This document shows positions 12,340 to 26,450 of a DNA stretch of 64,000 bases, in pieces (position 1 is the stretch's first letter; every line of letters starts with the position of its first letter). The position numbers and the translations under genes were made by a program. The stretch comes from Eledone cirrhosa. Its lineage: Eukaryota. The DNA lies in NCBI GenBank assembly GCA_964016885.1, contig OZ024744.1:100688001-100752000 (forward strand), given 5' to 3'. The notes below the pieces were generated by a model that saw only the letters and a program-made list of their open reading frames with translations, searched no databases and was not told the DNA's origin.

Positions 12340-12630
12340 GGTGATAGTGGTGGTGATGATAGCGGTGGTGGTGATAGTGGCAGTGGTGGTGGTGGTGGTG
12401 GTTGTGATAGTGGTGGTGGTGATAGCAGTTGTGATAGCGGCGGTGGTGGTGATAGTGACAGTGGTGTTGATGGTGGTGGTGGTGGTGGTTGTGGTGGTGA
12501 TAGTGGTGGTGGTGATAGCGGTGGCGGTGATAGTGGCAGTGGTGTTGATGAACAAGGCTACAATGATGACAATGATGATGATAACAATAGCAATAATAAC
12601 ACCAATGACAACAATGATAGGGAATGATAA
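12340..12630. repeat. (GGT/GAT)n trinucleotide tract
   Basis: Read directly; explains the low-complexity ORFs here. Confidence 0.9.
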
Positions 12631-12921
12631 CAACTACGACAGTGAAATAATCCTAAATATGAAGTTTCCTCTATCATTTAAGTTTGAAAAGAAATAAACT
12701 GTATTTACAATCAACAGAATTTTAAAGACTCTCTCTCTCTCTTATATATGTGTATTATAAGGTGAAATGACAGGAGGCCTAATATGTTGAAATCCCTTAA
12801 TTTTTTATTACTGTAAACACTATACACATTTCAGTGGCCAGGTTGCGTAAGAACCCAGTGACCTCCAAATTTTCCAATTCCACCCCGCCTGTCCCTTCAA
12901 TCTATCTAATTTCTCATTCTT

Positions 12922-12957
12922 TCTTCTGATGAAGGACTTGCGTCCGAAATGTTAAGA
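12922..12957 (+). ncRNA. Minimal hammerhead-like motif in a Penelope-type terminal remnant
   Basis: UCUU-CUGAUGA-A-GGAC(UUGC)GUCC-GAAA-U-GUU^AAGA. Stems I and II pair perfectly; stem III is loopless (dimer type). Confidence 0.6.
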
Positions 12958-13086
12958 CCTTCTTCCTGCTATATCAAGTGTTAACCTAATATATCCCTTC
13001 CATATACTGTACCGATTGTGTTGTTATTTCTGTTTACCTTTTACATACATATATATATATAAATGTCTTTACATTACATATTTTAG

Positions 13087-13218
13087 GGTGCTTCTGAATG
13101 GCTTGGGGATCAGAACTCACCCCTTGATGGTTTTCCATGGCGAGGAGGATCCGAAAGAGACACAACTGGGATTTTGTTATGGAGCGAACCATTTTTAGTT
13201 CAAACACCACAAGGAGAA
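13087..13218 (+). CDS. ATL: Atlastin exon 2 (G2/switch I)
   Basis: AG/GT bounded, 132 nt, phase 0; [44 protein letters not shown]. Confidence 0.93.
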
Positions 13219-14845
13219 GTAATTAATATTTATATTTTTATATATATGTTTATTTGATATTGTATAACAATCAAATGTTTGTTACCCAAAAAAGCCAAAG
13301 TTTTATTATAGACGTAAAAACATAGGGCTGTGTAGCATAGTTGCATGTTAAGCTATTTATGATCCATTTGTCTATAGTTCTTCTATTCTTGGGCCCGTAA
13401 ACCCCTTATGGTGGTGTGTGGGTGCCAGAGTAACATACAGTATGTTTTGGAGTACTTTAAACCTGGTGGAACCAATCCTTCTTTAGGTCTGAAAGCCAAT
13501 TTCTTCTAGTGAAGGCGGGAGAGGAAGTGAGGAAGAAATATACAGAAAGAATTGACCCCTAGAACTGAACTGATACTTTATTTATTGATCTCCAAAAGGA
13601 TGAAAGGCAAAGTTGAGTTTGGCAGAATTTAAACTCAGAATGCAGAGAATCGAAACAAATGCCGCCAAACATTGTATCTGATGTTTTAACAACTCTATCA
13701 GTCTGATGCCTTGTCTATAGTTAATTTCTATTAAATCACCCCTCAAAGATGAGGAACTTATCACAAAGCGCATCAGAAACTATTGAGTGTTGAACAACTG
13801 AGATGTTGCTTTACAATAAATAGATCAGAGAAAGGACCATATATCTTATGAGAACAAGCTTTTCCATTGAGTAGTACAAATATCATACATAATTGATATG
13901 TTATGTTACCTTACATTTATATATAACTACTCAAAATCCTCATTTGTAGAGCTGCTGTGACTAATATTTCACACCTTTTTCTAGCAGAAATGACATCCAG
14001 TTTTGTTGTATCTGTAACCTTGAGTTAAAGTACATTACACTGCTTTTCATGTTGAGATAATTCGTGGAACCTAGTAGACATAAACAGGTATTTTGTATTA
14101 TATACTGTATTGTAACTATATTTAATTGATTTTATAATTGACGTAATCCCTCTGATGATTGCTTCACATCTCCCATAACTTGACCAAATTTGATAGTTAG
14201 TGATTGATGATCAATTGCTTAGATTGATTTTAAGTTGTAACCATAAGGAATGAGAACATTTTCCATCTAAAGCATGTATTCTTCCTAGGTATATATGCTT
14301 TGTATGTGTATACAAAATACTGTGTTCTCATAAGATATATGGTTCTTTCTCAAATGTCTATTGAGCTTTTCTCTTGAGAAGCACAAATGTCATATATAAT
14401 TGATATGTTATTTTTTTTTTCATCATTTTACGTCTGCTTTTCCCTGCTTGCAAGGGTGGGACGGGAACTGATTCTGGCTTGATTTCTACAGCTGGATGCC
14501 CTTCCTAACACCAACCTCATGTACAGTGAGTGCTGGGTGCTTTTTTTTCCGTGGCACCTACACATCCACTTTACAGTGAAACGATAGGGACCCCAGTCCT
14601 GTCATCTCATTTCTACAGCTGAGTAAACTGGAGCAATGTGAAATAAAGTGTCTTGCTCAAGGAAACAACACATCACCTAGTCTGAGAATTGAACTCACAA
14701 CCTTTCGATTGGAAGGCCGATGCTCTAATCACTAAGCCATGTGATACCGTAAATTTGTATGTGTATATATATATATATATATTTGTATGTGTGTATATAT
14801 ATATATTTGTATGTGTGTATATATATATATATATATATTTGTATG

Positions 14846-14878
<33 letters not shown>

Positions 14879-15335
14879 AGTGACCTACATTCCATGGGCT
14901 CATAGATACATTCTCCGTGCGTGATTTGGCTCAGCTCAGCCAAACAGTGCCAGAAGAAGAGAATTTATCCCCGCGTCGATTTGAGAAATCTCTCTCTTGC
15001 TGCTTGACCATGCTAAGGTAAAGACCACTTATTGTCTTGCTCCGTGAACGCAAACAATATGCAACGGTGAGATTTGCACTTTGGCCTTGGGCCTGCCTTG
15101 GGCCTGGCACAATGTCACATTCCTTTTGTAACCCTTTTATGCTTAACTTCAACCATACAAATTAACAAACATTACTTTGTACCACAAAATAAACATACAT
15201 TTCATCTCACGAACATTCTTCTTGTTGACATTATTATCATGTTACTCGTTGTCGATAAGACTAACATATACTTCTCATTCATCATGCTCCTCGTGGCGCT
15301 ACTAACAATAACATTTATTATCAGCTAAATATGTA

Positions 15336-15378
<43 letters not shown>

Positions 15379-16353
15379 GTATGTATTAGCCTTTGTCAAG
15401 GCAGAATTCTAGGAGAAGGAAAACTCTGATATAACACCTGCAGCCCTGATAGTATCCAATGATGTTGACTTGTTCTTCTTTTTGGTAAATATCATCTTGG
15501 TTAAGAGAGTGGGACTGGCTTTGTGCAGTGCCTTTGCTCACTATAAAAGCTTCACAGCACAGGCATTGCTTTATATCTGGAGATCTCTCTGCACTTGTCA
15601 TCATATGGTACCATGGGCCCAGCACTATGTGTCAATAATTGTCACAAGTGTAGTGTTTGTACCAGAGTTTTCAAGTCGCTGGCTGGACTAAAAAGTCACA
15701 CTCGTTCAGCGCATCGGTAGGGGTTCTCCTACATGGATATAAAGTAGTGGCCATACTCGAAAACAAGTTGGCAGCCACCATATGTATGTATGTATGTATA
15801 GTGAGAGTGATAGAAACAAATTATTGGTATTGTGAGCAGCAACTATGGTTTGACATGTTTTATTTAACAACGCACTTTTCTTCCTTTCATTTGGTTTTTA
15901 GAAGTGGTATGACATTCTTCATATTTTTCATAATTATTACTTTGACATTATAGTTTTACAGCTCATTGCAAACTCTGAATAACATTTAGTATTGAAACTG
16001 GCCATATTCAGCCAGAAATCTCTCACCTCTTTCTGTTCAAACTGACCATAATCGTCTGCTAATACTTATGTTAATGTATTGTTCTCAAAATAAATAACAT
16101 CAAAATTTTTGCATATTTGATTTTATGTGAGTTAAAGTGTTTACCATGAAAATATAATGTAAATGCTAAAGGGTTAACATTGAATGGCTATGTGAATACA
16201 GGTTAAGGATCACTCATATTGATAGTGACTGAGAAACCTTATGATAACGAACACTCCATCCTGTAACCATTCGGCCTTTGTTAGGAATTATGGTGTACCT
16301 ATGACTACATTGTTCAATGTTACCTTTATAAGATAGTGGTGTGTCATTTAGAG

Positions 16354-16542
16354 CAGGCATGTTAAACAAAGGGTCCCACCCGAGGGCCACGTGAGTCACT
16401 TGTGTGTTGTCTGAGGGTCACACATGACAACTAATTGCACACATTACAACTAATTTTATGAAGATAAAACATGCTCACGCTGTAAAAACCTTTGTGTGGG
16501 TTGCAGGTGTGCCTGTAAAGGGCTGCATGTTTGACATGTCTG
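16354..16542. mobile_element. hAT-like MITE
   Basis: TIRs CAGGCATGTTAAAC / GTTTGACATGTCTG; 8-bp TSD ATTTAGAG/TTTTAGAG. Confidence 0.75.
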
Positions 16543-16974
16543 TTTTAGAGGATATTAATAGCAAATTGAGTGACAGTTATGACAGTGGTGTGATTTGGTG
16601 GATTGTAATAATTGTTTCTACTTTTGGCACAAGGCCATCAATTACCCAGTACATTACTGGTACTTTATTTTATCGACCCCGTAAGGATGAAAGGCAAAGT
16701 TAACCTCGGCGCGATTTGAACTCACACCGTAAAGGGACGTAACTATGCTGGAAAGCATGGCGTCCGACTCTCTACCGATACTGCCAATCTACACCTGATT
16801 GGTGGATTGTAATAATATCAGAGTGAGTGACCAAGTAGGAGCTCTTGTTAGCCTGAATTAATAATTCTTCTTTCAGAGTTGATTATAACGATTGTCTTTC
16901 TATTCTTTTACTAAATAATTAAAAACTAAAATCTTTTCTTGTATATTTTACTGCTTGATTTTCTGTTGATTTAG

Positions 16975-17079
16975 TTGGCTGTCATCTTGATGGATACCCA
17001 GGGTGCATTTGACAGTCAGTCGACTGTACGTGATTGGGCAACAGTTTTTGCATTAAGTACCATGGTCAGCTCAGTTCAG
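16975..17079 (+). CDS. ATL: Atlastin exon 3 (G3 DTQG)
   Basis: AG/GT bounded, 105 nt; [35 protein letters not shown]. Confidence 0.95.
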
Positions 17080-17221
17080 GTATGATATTTTTGTTTAAAA
17101 GTATATATGTTATTATTTTATTAAGGCATAATTGTCAACATGATATTACAAATAGAAAGAGAAAAAAAAGAAAGAAAATGGAAATGGAAAAAAAGAGAAA
17201 AAAACACTCAAGCAGGTAATA

Positions 17222-17517
17222 CTAGGACCACATACAACAAAAGGCAGGTGAAAGGGTTGGACAACCGAGCCGCTGTAAGAGCAAAAGATAACAATATAGC
17301 GAGGAGCACTGGGAAACCTCTCTAATAATTTTTGAGGCAAGCCAGCGTGCTCGCACCATTATCTCAGGGGATGGCGTGGCTGATGTGCTGCAACAGCCAA
17401 GTGTACTCGCGAGCATCACCAGTTACTTTGGTTAGGTGAGCTGCCAGTGAAGATAGGAATCTCGCAGTCAGTAGCCCGACTCCCCCAAATGTCTTGAACG
17501 CCACAGGCTGGAAAATC
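17222..17517 (-). mobile_element. CRE-clade non-LTR retrotransposon 3' fragment
   Basis: Minus translation IFQPVAFKTFGG..RFLSSLA..VTGDAREYTWLLQHISHAI*DNGAS resembles the CRE RLE C-terminus (F.P.A.ET.G...QR.S.A.QRGNA). Confidence 0.7.
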
Positions 17518-17999
17518 TAAACTTAAATACTTATTAATAAACACAATTTATATTTTGTAAAAAAAAAAGAAAATAAGAGAGAGAGAGAAAGAAAAGGGGA
17601 GGAGAAGACATGCACACCCAATCTCCTGTCATGGGGGATAGAGAGGCTAAGACATTGGAATAACCAAGTACCTTCACAGACATCACATGCTATTTTGATA
17701 AAGCAAGCAGCCAACGATGACAAGAGCCTCACCAGCAGCCTAATTCCCCAAAACATCTCAAATGCAATGAACTGAAAAATTCCTGATATTTTAAAATTTT
17801 ATTCTGTTTGGCTATGGATATATTGACCCTCACCTTTACTGCAGCATCCAAAGTGTTGCTAAAGCTCAGTTTATCAACTTTGAAATTGTTTAGGTCACAA
17901 TCTGTTGTAAACGTTTAAGTTTCATTACAAAGTCATTAAGTTGGTTAGGTCATTTTGTCAATTAAATATTTTAGTAAGAGGATATAGAATGTACACAAT

Positions 18000-18765
18000 G
18001 CAGATCTTGGGTACACAAGAGGTGTAGTGGGATAGCAGGCAAACTAACAGGAAGGGAAAACTACATATGCAGTAGATCTTCAAGGAAATTTGATAGAAGT
18101 GTCAGTGATAGATATATTTTCCAAATGCAGGTAGGATCTACAGAGGTGGCTGATAGCTTCCAGTACCTAGGTGATCAGATTAGCAAGGGAGGAGGGTACT
18201 CCAAGGCTATAGTATCTAGGATAAAGACAGGATGGAAGAAGTTCAGGGAGCCGCTTCCTCTGTTGACAACGAAGGGTTTCTCCCTACGAACGAAAGGCCG
18301 GTTATATGATGCTAATGTGAGATGCGCGGCTGCATGGTAGTGAGACATGGGCAGCAACTGCGGAGGATATGCAACGGCTGGAGAGAAATGAAGCAAGCAT
18401 GCTCCGATGGATGTGCAATGACAATGTGTGTGAACGACCAAGCATAGACAAGTTGGGAGTGAAACTGTGTATAAGAGGGATAAACTATAGTGTGGGGGAG
18501 AGAAGACTATGTTGGTATGGACATGTGATGCGCATGGAGGATGACTGCTGGGTGAAGAAGTGCCAAGAAATCCCGGTGGAAGGAATACGCAGTGAAGGAA
18601 GACCATGAAAATCATGGGCGGAGGTGGTGAGAGCTGACCTCAGATCGCTGAAGCTCACCAAGGAGATGACGAAGGACCGTGACAAATGGAGAGATGTTGT
18701 GCTGAAAAGGACTCTTCCCACCCTTGCAAGCAGGGAAAGGCGGACGTAAAATGATGATGATGATG
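18000..18765 (+). mobile_element. Degenerate RTE 3' fragment (short-UTR subfamily)
   Basis: FQYLGDQISKGGG..RRLCWYGHV..GRP with (GAT)n tail. Related pieces at 23085-23295(-), 45445-45815(+) and 46090-46445(+). Confidence 0.88.
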
Positions 18766-20811
18766 ATATAACTTACATCATAAAACTGAAGAACTGAACA
18801 CAATACTAGATGAATTACCAATAACTCTATTTTGGTATCAACTGAGATTGGTGTAAAATTATGATGTAAAATTAGTAACGAAGATGGTAACAGTGATGTC
18901 ATCATCATCATCATCATCATCACCGTTTTACATTGATTCTTTCACGCTAACATGGGTTAGACGGGATGTCCTGTTGTGAGCAATGCTAGGTCGACTGACC
19001 TTGTCTTGCTCATACGGGAACTGATTCTGGCTTGATTTCTACAGCTGGATGCCCTTCCTAACACCAACCTCATTTACAGTGAGTATTGGGTGCTTTTTTT
19101 ACCATGGCACCTACACGACCACTTTACAGTGTGGGCTGGATGGTTTTTTGCCGTGGCGCCTCCACAACCACTTTGTGGTGGGAGGGGATGGGGGCATATT
19201 GCCTATATGCTTCAACTTCAGCTTGTTCCCGTGGGAAGTCGGGTCTTCTGTATTACTGTGTGACGCCAGAGGTCACGGTCCTGTGTCATGGTAATAAAAA
19301 CATTATCAAAATAATCATATAGCAATTAAAGTTATAATGGTGGTGCCCCAGCATGGCCTCAACTTCTTGGTTGGAACATGTAATAGAGTAATAGAGTAAT
19401 ATAACTATGTAAAGGGATAAAAGGGTAAAGACCCCCTTCAGTCACCATGGGATTTTCACTTAGAAAGTTCCCTTCTGAAGCACAGGCCTGGCCAAGGTAA
19501 ATTGTGGAAGACCAACAGTTGCCCATGTATACCAGTCTCCCCTCTCCACGCCACATGTTATCCAAGGGAAAGGTAATGGTCAATACAGCTTAGCACCAGT
19601 GGTGTCAGAACTTATTTCTACAGCTGGGTGAACTGGAGCAACGTGAAATAAAGTGTCTTGCTCAAGAATTCAATACATTACCTGGTCTGAGAATTGAACC
19701 CTCAACCTCCCGATTTTAAGCCCAACACTCTAACCACTAAGCCATGTGCTATATATGACAGCAATTATATGACATTAATTTGTTGTTATTGGCAGTATCG
19801 GTAGAGGGTCGGACGCCATGCTTTCCAGCATAGTTACGTCCCTTTACGATCTGAGTTCAAATCCCGCCGAGGTTGACTTTGCCTTTCATCCTTACGGGGT
19901 CGATAAAATAAAGTACCAGTAATGCACTGGGGGTAATTGCTGGCCTTGTGCCTAAAGTAGAAACAATTAATTTGTTGTTATTATCATATGATAAAAAGGG
20001 GCTGTGGATTGGCAGTATCGGTAGAGCATTGATCAACGTGCTTTGTACCATATAGTTATATCCCTCTACATTCTGAGTTCAAATCCCACCAAGGTTATCT
20101 CTACCTTTCATCCTTATTAGTTTGATAAAATAAAGTACCAGTAATGCACTGGGGTCAATTTAATCAACTTTCCCCTACCCCAGAATTGTTGACCTTGTGC
20201 CTAAATCAGAAACCATTATCATATGATAAAAAGAGCAGTGGACCAAAGCCATTAAAGTTTCAGCTAAAGGCTTAGCAGTTTCTCTCCTGGCTCTTTATGT
20301 TCTAAGTTCAAATCTCGTCCGTCCCCCCCCCCCCCTCTGCTTATTCATTTTTTTTAGATTTTTTCCACAAACTTTTATCAAATTTTGCTAATCTATCTCC
20401 GACAAAATATTATTTTAAGTAGTAGCATTCCTGCAACAATTGATTTTATTTATACATTAAAAACCATTATTCATGATAAAAAAAAAAGTACATTACTAGA
20501 AATCACATATGTTATAAAATAAATAGGATGGGTTGGGGGGGTCTCAATATGTAAACTAAACGACTAATTCTGGTTTCTTAAAAAATCACCAGAGAAAACC
20601 TAGAAAAATTATCAACTTGCTCCCAATTACAACCCCCCCCCCCCTTTGTACCCCACTCTCCATTTATCCCTCCACTTATTCCAACCCATCATTATATGGG
20701 ACTCGAGAGCATATACACTTTTAAATAAAAGTTGTAAAAGCCAAAGTGTAAAGCCTCTCTCCCACCCTCAGTCCAACTGTTACCTCACTGTGTCATTATT
20801 TTGTCTTGTAG

Positions 20812-20862
20812 GTATATAACATTTCACAAAATATCCAAGAGAATGATTTGCAACATTTGCAG
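20812..20862 (+). CDS. ATL: Atlastin exon 4
   Basis: TGTAG acceptor, GTAAGT donor, 51 nt; VYNISQNIQENDLQHLQ. Confidence 0.95.
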
Positions 20863-20920
20863 GTAAGTGTTCTTTTCTTTCTTTTAAGTTCTTTCAAGCA
20901 GTACCTGTAGATGCTACAGA

Positions 20921-21351
20921 CAGAGGTGTAACTAGAGTATGGTAAGCATTGCATGTGCCATGGGCACCACTTGGACTAGGAATACTTTCTATTAAAGTCA
21001 GATAAGCTATTGTTGGAAAGTGAAAAAAAAAGAAGCTCCTTCAGATATATGATCGGTCTTTGATTATCATGTGTGAGAACACTATGGTGGCTGGATCATT
21101 TATATAAATTATTAGGCCCATAACTAAAAAATACAGTGCTGGGACCACATCAGAGAGAAATTTACATCAGTAAATGCAAAGAAGATGAAGATGTAATTTT
21201 CATGTAATGTTTTCAATTAAAATAATTAATGAACATGATTAGTATTTTTGAGCTGATTTTATGGTTATCTGAAAGATGGATGTCAGATGTTAGGGCAGAG
21301 GTGTAATTTCACTCCTTACCATAGGTGCTATTTTCCTTAGTTACACCTCTG
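20921..21351. mobile_element. hAT-like MITE
   Basis: TIRs CAGAGGTGTAACTA / TAGTTACACCTCTG with a perfect 8-bp TSD GCTACAGA. Confidence 0.88.
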
Positions 21352-22520
21352 GCTACAGATACTTCAAGACCAGGAGATAGAAACAGGTTGATATGGTTAA
21401 CCCTTTTGTTACAAAACCGCTCCTTGTTCTACGATACAAAACTGTTTATTTTAAGTGTTTATATTTCTTTTTAATAATCATAATTGTCTATTTCATTTAT
21501 CTTTTTGTTATCAAACCATCTGAAACTGCTCCTAAACTTTGTTACAAAACTGTTTATATTTATCTAAAAATCTTCCATCGTATTTTTATGTAAGGATATT
21601 TATTAAATTATGTTCCAAAACCAACTTAATATTGAGAAAGCTGGTTATTTTACTAAATCTTTCCAAATTATTGATAATTTTCAAAACTAGGATTTTTTCA
21701 ACATGCTGACGTATATGTGTGCGTGCGTGCGTGTGTGTATGTGCATATGCATACATTTATATGTATGAGTATATAAATATAAATGTGCAAACACAGACAC
21801 ACTTACAAAAATACACACTGACAGATTTCCATTCACACAAATTCACATACATTCACACAATCACATACACACAACTATACACAAACACAAACGCGCACAC
21901 ACATACACATACACTCACACACAGCGTAATAAATGGAATGCCAGCCGGTGTTTTGCTATAGTTTTTTCACCGCCCCCTTCCATCCTTTTACACACACACA
22001 TACATTCACACAGGCAGTAGACGTAAAGAGAGGGGAGTAGTATGAGGTAGTCAAACTACTCCTCTCTCTTTATGTGTTGTGACAGAATTGCAGAAATTTA
22101 TATAGAGATTAATTGAAACACATGGGTGGTGTGTATTGTTATAAATATGGTAACAAAAGGGTGAGTGCCAACTTTGAACATCTATCTCTTAAAGTTTCAA
22201 GTTTCTTTTTTTATGGTTTGGTCCGGAGGAAACGGGGCTCTTTGCATGATTTTCAACACGAGTGAGATTTATGTGGTTGAACAGCAAAAAAAAGTGACAA
22301 CTGCAGGAAAACTACTGTCGACTGACTACAGAAAGAATTCGGGGAGTTTTACATTCTGAAGACGAAGAATTGGAATAGTAGTTAATGCAGGGCCCAGGTG
22401 TGGAGGGCAGACATGATAGGGGTTACAACAGGAGGAATTATGGATAAGTTGGAAGTGCTTAGTTGACAGAGGTAGACAGGATGAGCACTGTACACAATAA
22501 TTTCATTATTATTATTATAT

Positions 22521-22718
22521 GGCGGTGGATTGGCAGTATCGGTAGAGGGTCGGACGCCATGCTTTCCAGCATAGTTACGTCCCTTTACGATCTGAGTTCA
22601 AATCCCGCCGAGGTTGACTTTGCCTTTCATCCTTACAGGGTCGATAAAATAAAGTACCAGTAATGCACTGGGTCATTGCTGGCCTTGTGCCTAAAGTAGA
22701 AACAATTATTATTATTAT
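22521..22718 (+). mobile_element. SINE family A, full-length representative
   Basis: Other copies at ~16610-16790(-), 19790-19968(+), 20000-20220(+), 24178-24360(+), 29880-30068(-), 30416-30600(+), 40152-40340(-), 42353-42530(-), 48056-48242(-), 48594-48780(+) and 62968-63125(+). Confidence 0.9.
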
Positions 22719-23482
22719 TTTTTTTTTTTAAGGACCAGCCAGATCTATAGAGCAGAATCTGTGTAGCAGTGATCTGTTGTATCTGTGGTAGAACAGTAGA
22801 ATAGATAGAGCAAGGAGAGTATGGGTTAGTATGTATGGGTTAGATGGTGATGTCATATTACTACATACAATATATTTCTTATCAAGACACTAACTTTAGC
22901 TCTATATTTGGCTATAATATAAGGTCATACACATGTATATAACGTTAAGCTATATTATATTCCACTTAGACATAATATTAAATTTTTTTGATAGTAAAAC
23001 CATATAAAAAAACATAAATGGCTTTGGTATATCATCATCATCGTTGTCATCATTATCATCATCGTTGTCATCATCATCATCATCATCATCATTTTTATGC
23101 CTGTTTTTCCACACATGCATGGGTTGGATGGGTCCTTTTTAGCAAAGCATCTCTCCACTCGCCGTATTCCTTTCTCATCTCCTCTGCGAGTCTCAGCGAC
23201 ATGCTGTCAGCCCTTATCACCTCTGCACAATTCTTCCTTGGTCTACCTCTACTGCAGCTTCCTGGCACTTCTTCACCCAGCAGTCGTCATACCTAATAGA
23301 TTGATAGTTAGTGAGTGAATTAATTAGACTAAAGCTATTTAATGAAGAATATTTGCTTAACAGCAATCAAAAATAAAGTTTATCCAAAACTCATAAAAGT
23401 AATAGATTGCCTTTAATTTACTGATTCTAGAATAGAATCTAAAAGAATGTATTTTGGTGAACTTATTTCAATTAGCTCCTCA

Positions 23483-23985
23483 CATCCTGTACCACATGAA
23501 ACCACATTAACAAGACATTGTTGAGAAGTACAAAACAGTACTATGACTGTATCACATTAACTCTTAACATCCTGTACTACATGAAACCACATTAACAAGA
23601 CATTGTTGAAAAGAACAAAACAGTACTATGACTGTATCACATTAACTGTTAACATCCTGTAACACATGAAACCACATTAACAAGACATTGTTGAAATGTA
23701 CAAAACAGTACTATGACAGTATCACATTAACTCTTAACATCCTGTACTACATGAAACCACATTAACAAGACATTGTTGAAAAGTACAAAACAGTACTATG
23801 ACTGTATCACATTTACTGTTAACATCCTGTACCACATGAAACCACATTAACAAGACATTCTTGAAAAGTACAAAACAGTACTATGACTGTATCACATTAA
23901 CTGTTAACATCCTGTACCACATGAAACCACATTAACAAGACATTCTTGAAAAGTACAATACTGTGTGACTGTATCACATTAACTT
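23483..23985. repeat. 85-bp minisatellite, ~6 copies
   Basis: Unit CATCCTGTACCACATGAAACCACATTAACAAGACATTG... starts at 23483, 23568, 23653, 23738, 23823 and 23908. Confidence 0.95.
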
Positions 23986-24006
23986 TAATTTTTTTTTATT
24001 TTTCAG

Positions 24007-24069
24007 TTATTTACAGAATATGGTCGTCTAGCCCTAGAAGCGAATGACAATAATGCAAAACCATTCCAG
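24007..24069 (+). CDS. ATL: Atlastin exon 5
   Basis: Poly-T/TTTCAG acceptor, GTAAAA donor, 63 nt; LFTEYGRLALEANDNNAKPFQ. Confidence 0.95.
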
Positions 24070-25036
24070 GTAAAACCAATATTAAGTCACCATAAATTGT
24101 AACATTCTATTTAATTTTCTGTATGTATTATTCAGTTTTATTATATATAATATATTAAAAATAATACCAAATATATATGGCAGTATTGGTAGAGGGTCGG
24201 ACGCCATGCTTTGTGGCATAGAGTTACGGCCCTTTATGATCTGAGTTCAAATCCCGCCATGGTTAACTTTGCCTTTCATCCTTACAGGGTCGATAAAACA
24301 AAGTACCAGTAATGTACTGGGATAATTGCTGGCCTTGTGCCAAAAGTAGAAACAATTATTAATATTAAAAGTAATACTAAATATATATGTATTATTTAGT
24401 TTTATTATATATAATCATCATCATCATCATTATAAATATATTAAAAATAATACCAAATATATATGTATTATTCATATAATATATTAAAAGTACCAGCAAA
24501 TATATATGTATTATTCAATATTATGTATACTATTGAATAATACATGGAGGCACATGGCTTAGTGGTTAGGACATTGGCCTTGCAATCGAAAGGTTGTGAG
24601 TTCAATTCTCAGACCAGGTGATGCACCCAGTACTCACTGTAAATGAGGTTGGTGTTAGGAAGGGCATCCAGCTGTAGAAATCAAGCCAGAATCAGTTCCC
24701 GTCCCACCCTTGCAAGCAGGGAAAAGCGGACGTAAAATGATGATGATACATATTTGGTATTACTTTATGTATAATATATTAAAAGTACTACCATATATGT
24801 ATCTAGCATTCAGTTTTATTATATATAAAATAAAATATCAACAACAAAATATCCCCCCCCCCTTCCTATTGGGGAATTCTGTTGTCGATATTTTATTTTT
24901 TTGTTGATTTGTTTAGTTAATGTTCTTTACTCGACTGCAAGTAAATCTCCACTGTCCCCTGTCTTTGTATTGTCCTCTATGTTCGGCTCCTGTGGCCAAT
25001 AATAAAGAAATCATTATATATAATATATTAAAATTA

Positions 25037-25253
25037 CAGTGGAACCTCAGTTCATGAATGCCTCTCATCACAAACAAATCAGTTCATAAATAATTTTTCA
25101 AAACATAAAACCTCAGTTCATGAATCGTGTCTTGAGTAACAAACACATAAGCTGGCAACAACGGTTGGCAACAAGCTGGAAGTATCAGCAGGATAGCGTC
25201 ACTTGTTGTGTAGTTAGTTACTATGGTGATATATATCTGTCTTTCACACACAG

Positions 25254-25332
<79 letters not shown>

Positions 25333-25459
25333 ACACATACACACACACACTGTATTTCTCTCGATATTTCGTATGAGAAAAATAGTTTCAGTTTACGAAC
25401 ATTTCAGGTGACAAATGGCCTTCAGGAAGGAATTAAGTTCATGAACCGAGGTTCCACTG
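25037..25459. mobile_element. Tc1/pogo(Tigger)-like MITE containing (CT)n
   Basis: TA-CAGTGGAACCTCAGTTCATGAA...TTCATGAACCGAGGTTCCACTG-TA. Confidence 0.85.
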
Positions 25460-25512
25460 TAATACCATAAATGTATGTAATAATTTGTGTTATTTTTTCT
25501 CCCAATGTTTAG

Positions 25513-25605
25513 ACTTTAACATTTCTCGTGCGAGACTGGAGTTTTTCATATGAATATGCGTATGGTTTAGAAGGTGGAAATCAAATCCTTGAAAAACGTT
25601 TGAAG
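25513..25605 (+). CDS. ATL: Atlastin exon 6 (G4 RD motif)
   Basis: AG/GT bounded, 93 nt; [31 protein letters not shown]. Confidence 0.95.
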
Positions 25606-26450
25606 GTAATACCGTCTATCAAATTAATAAAAAATATCTGCCAATATTACTTTTATATTTTATAAACTACTCTTGGGTCTTAAATAATCATCCCACTCCA
25701 TTTATTAATTTTTCAGGTTTTTACCAATTTTGCTAGTATTGGTACCACAATAAAATGCTTCAGATAGACTATATGTTCTTTTAGTTCTCAAATAATCATC
25801 CACCCCAGCTTATTAATTTTGTCAGATTTTTTCCAACACCCCCTGTTTACTAAACTTTTCTAATTTATCTTCAGTGAAATTTTATTTTAACCCTTTAGTA
25901 TTCACATTACTCTATATTTACTCTTGTATTTTCACGGTAAAGACGACTTTACCTCACATAATTATCTCACATAATATCAAATCTATGAGATTTTGATGTC
26001 ATTTATTTTGAGAACAATACCTTAACATAAGTATAAGCAGTTGGTTATGGTTGGTTTGAACAGAAAGAGGTGAGAATTTTGGCCAGATATGGCCGGTTTA
26101 AGTGGTAGCATTCCTGTGACAATTAAATTTCTTTATACATTAAAAAACATTATATATGTCAAAAAAAGTACATTACTAGAAATCCCATGCGTTATAAAAT
26201 AAATAGGTTGGGTTGGGGTCTCAATATGTAAATTAAACGACTAATTCTGGTTTTTAAAAGAAATCAACGGAGACAACTTAGAAAAATTACCGATTTTCCA
26301 GTCCCCCACTCCATCCCCACTTATTCACCCTCCCACTTACTCCAAACCCCCACCCCCTATTATTTGGGACCCAGGAGTAGCTGTTGTTTTTATATTTTAA
26401 ACAATTAACCCAAACACTTTTAGTTATAGATGACTGTGTAAAATAATATA

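Noticed and set aside
12313-12697. Gly/Ser-, Thr- and Val-rich ORFs
   Set aside because: Trinucleotide repeat artefacts.
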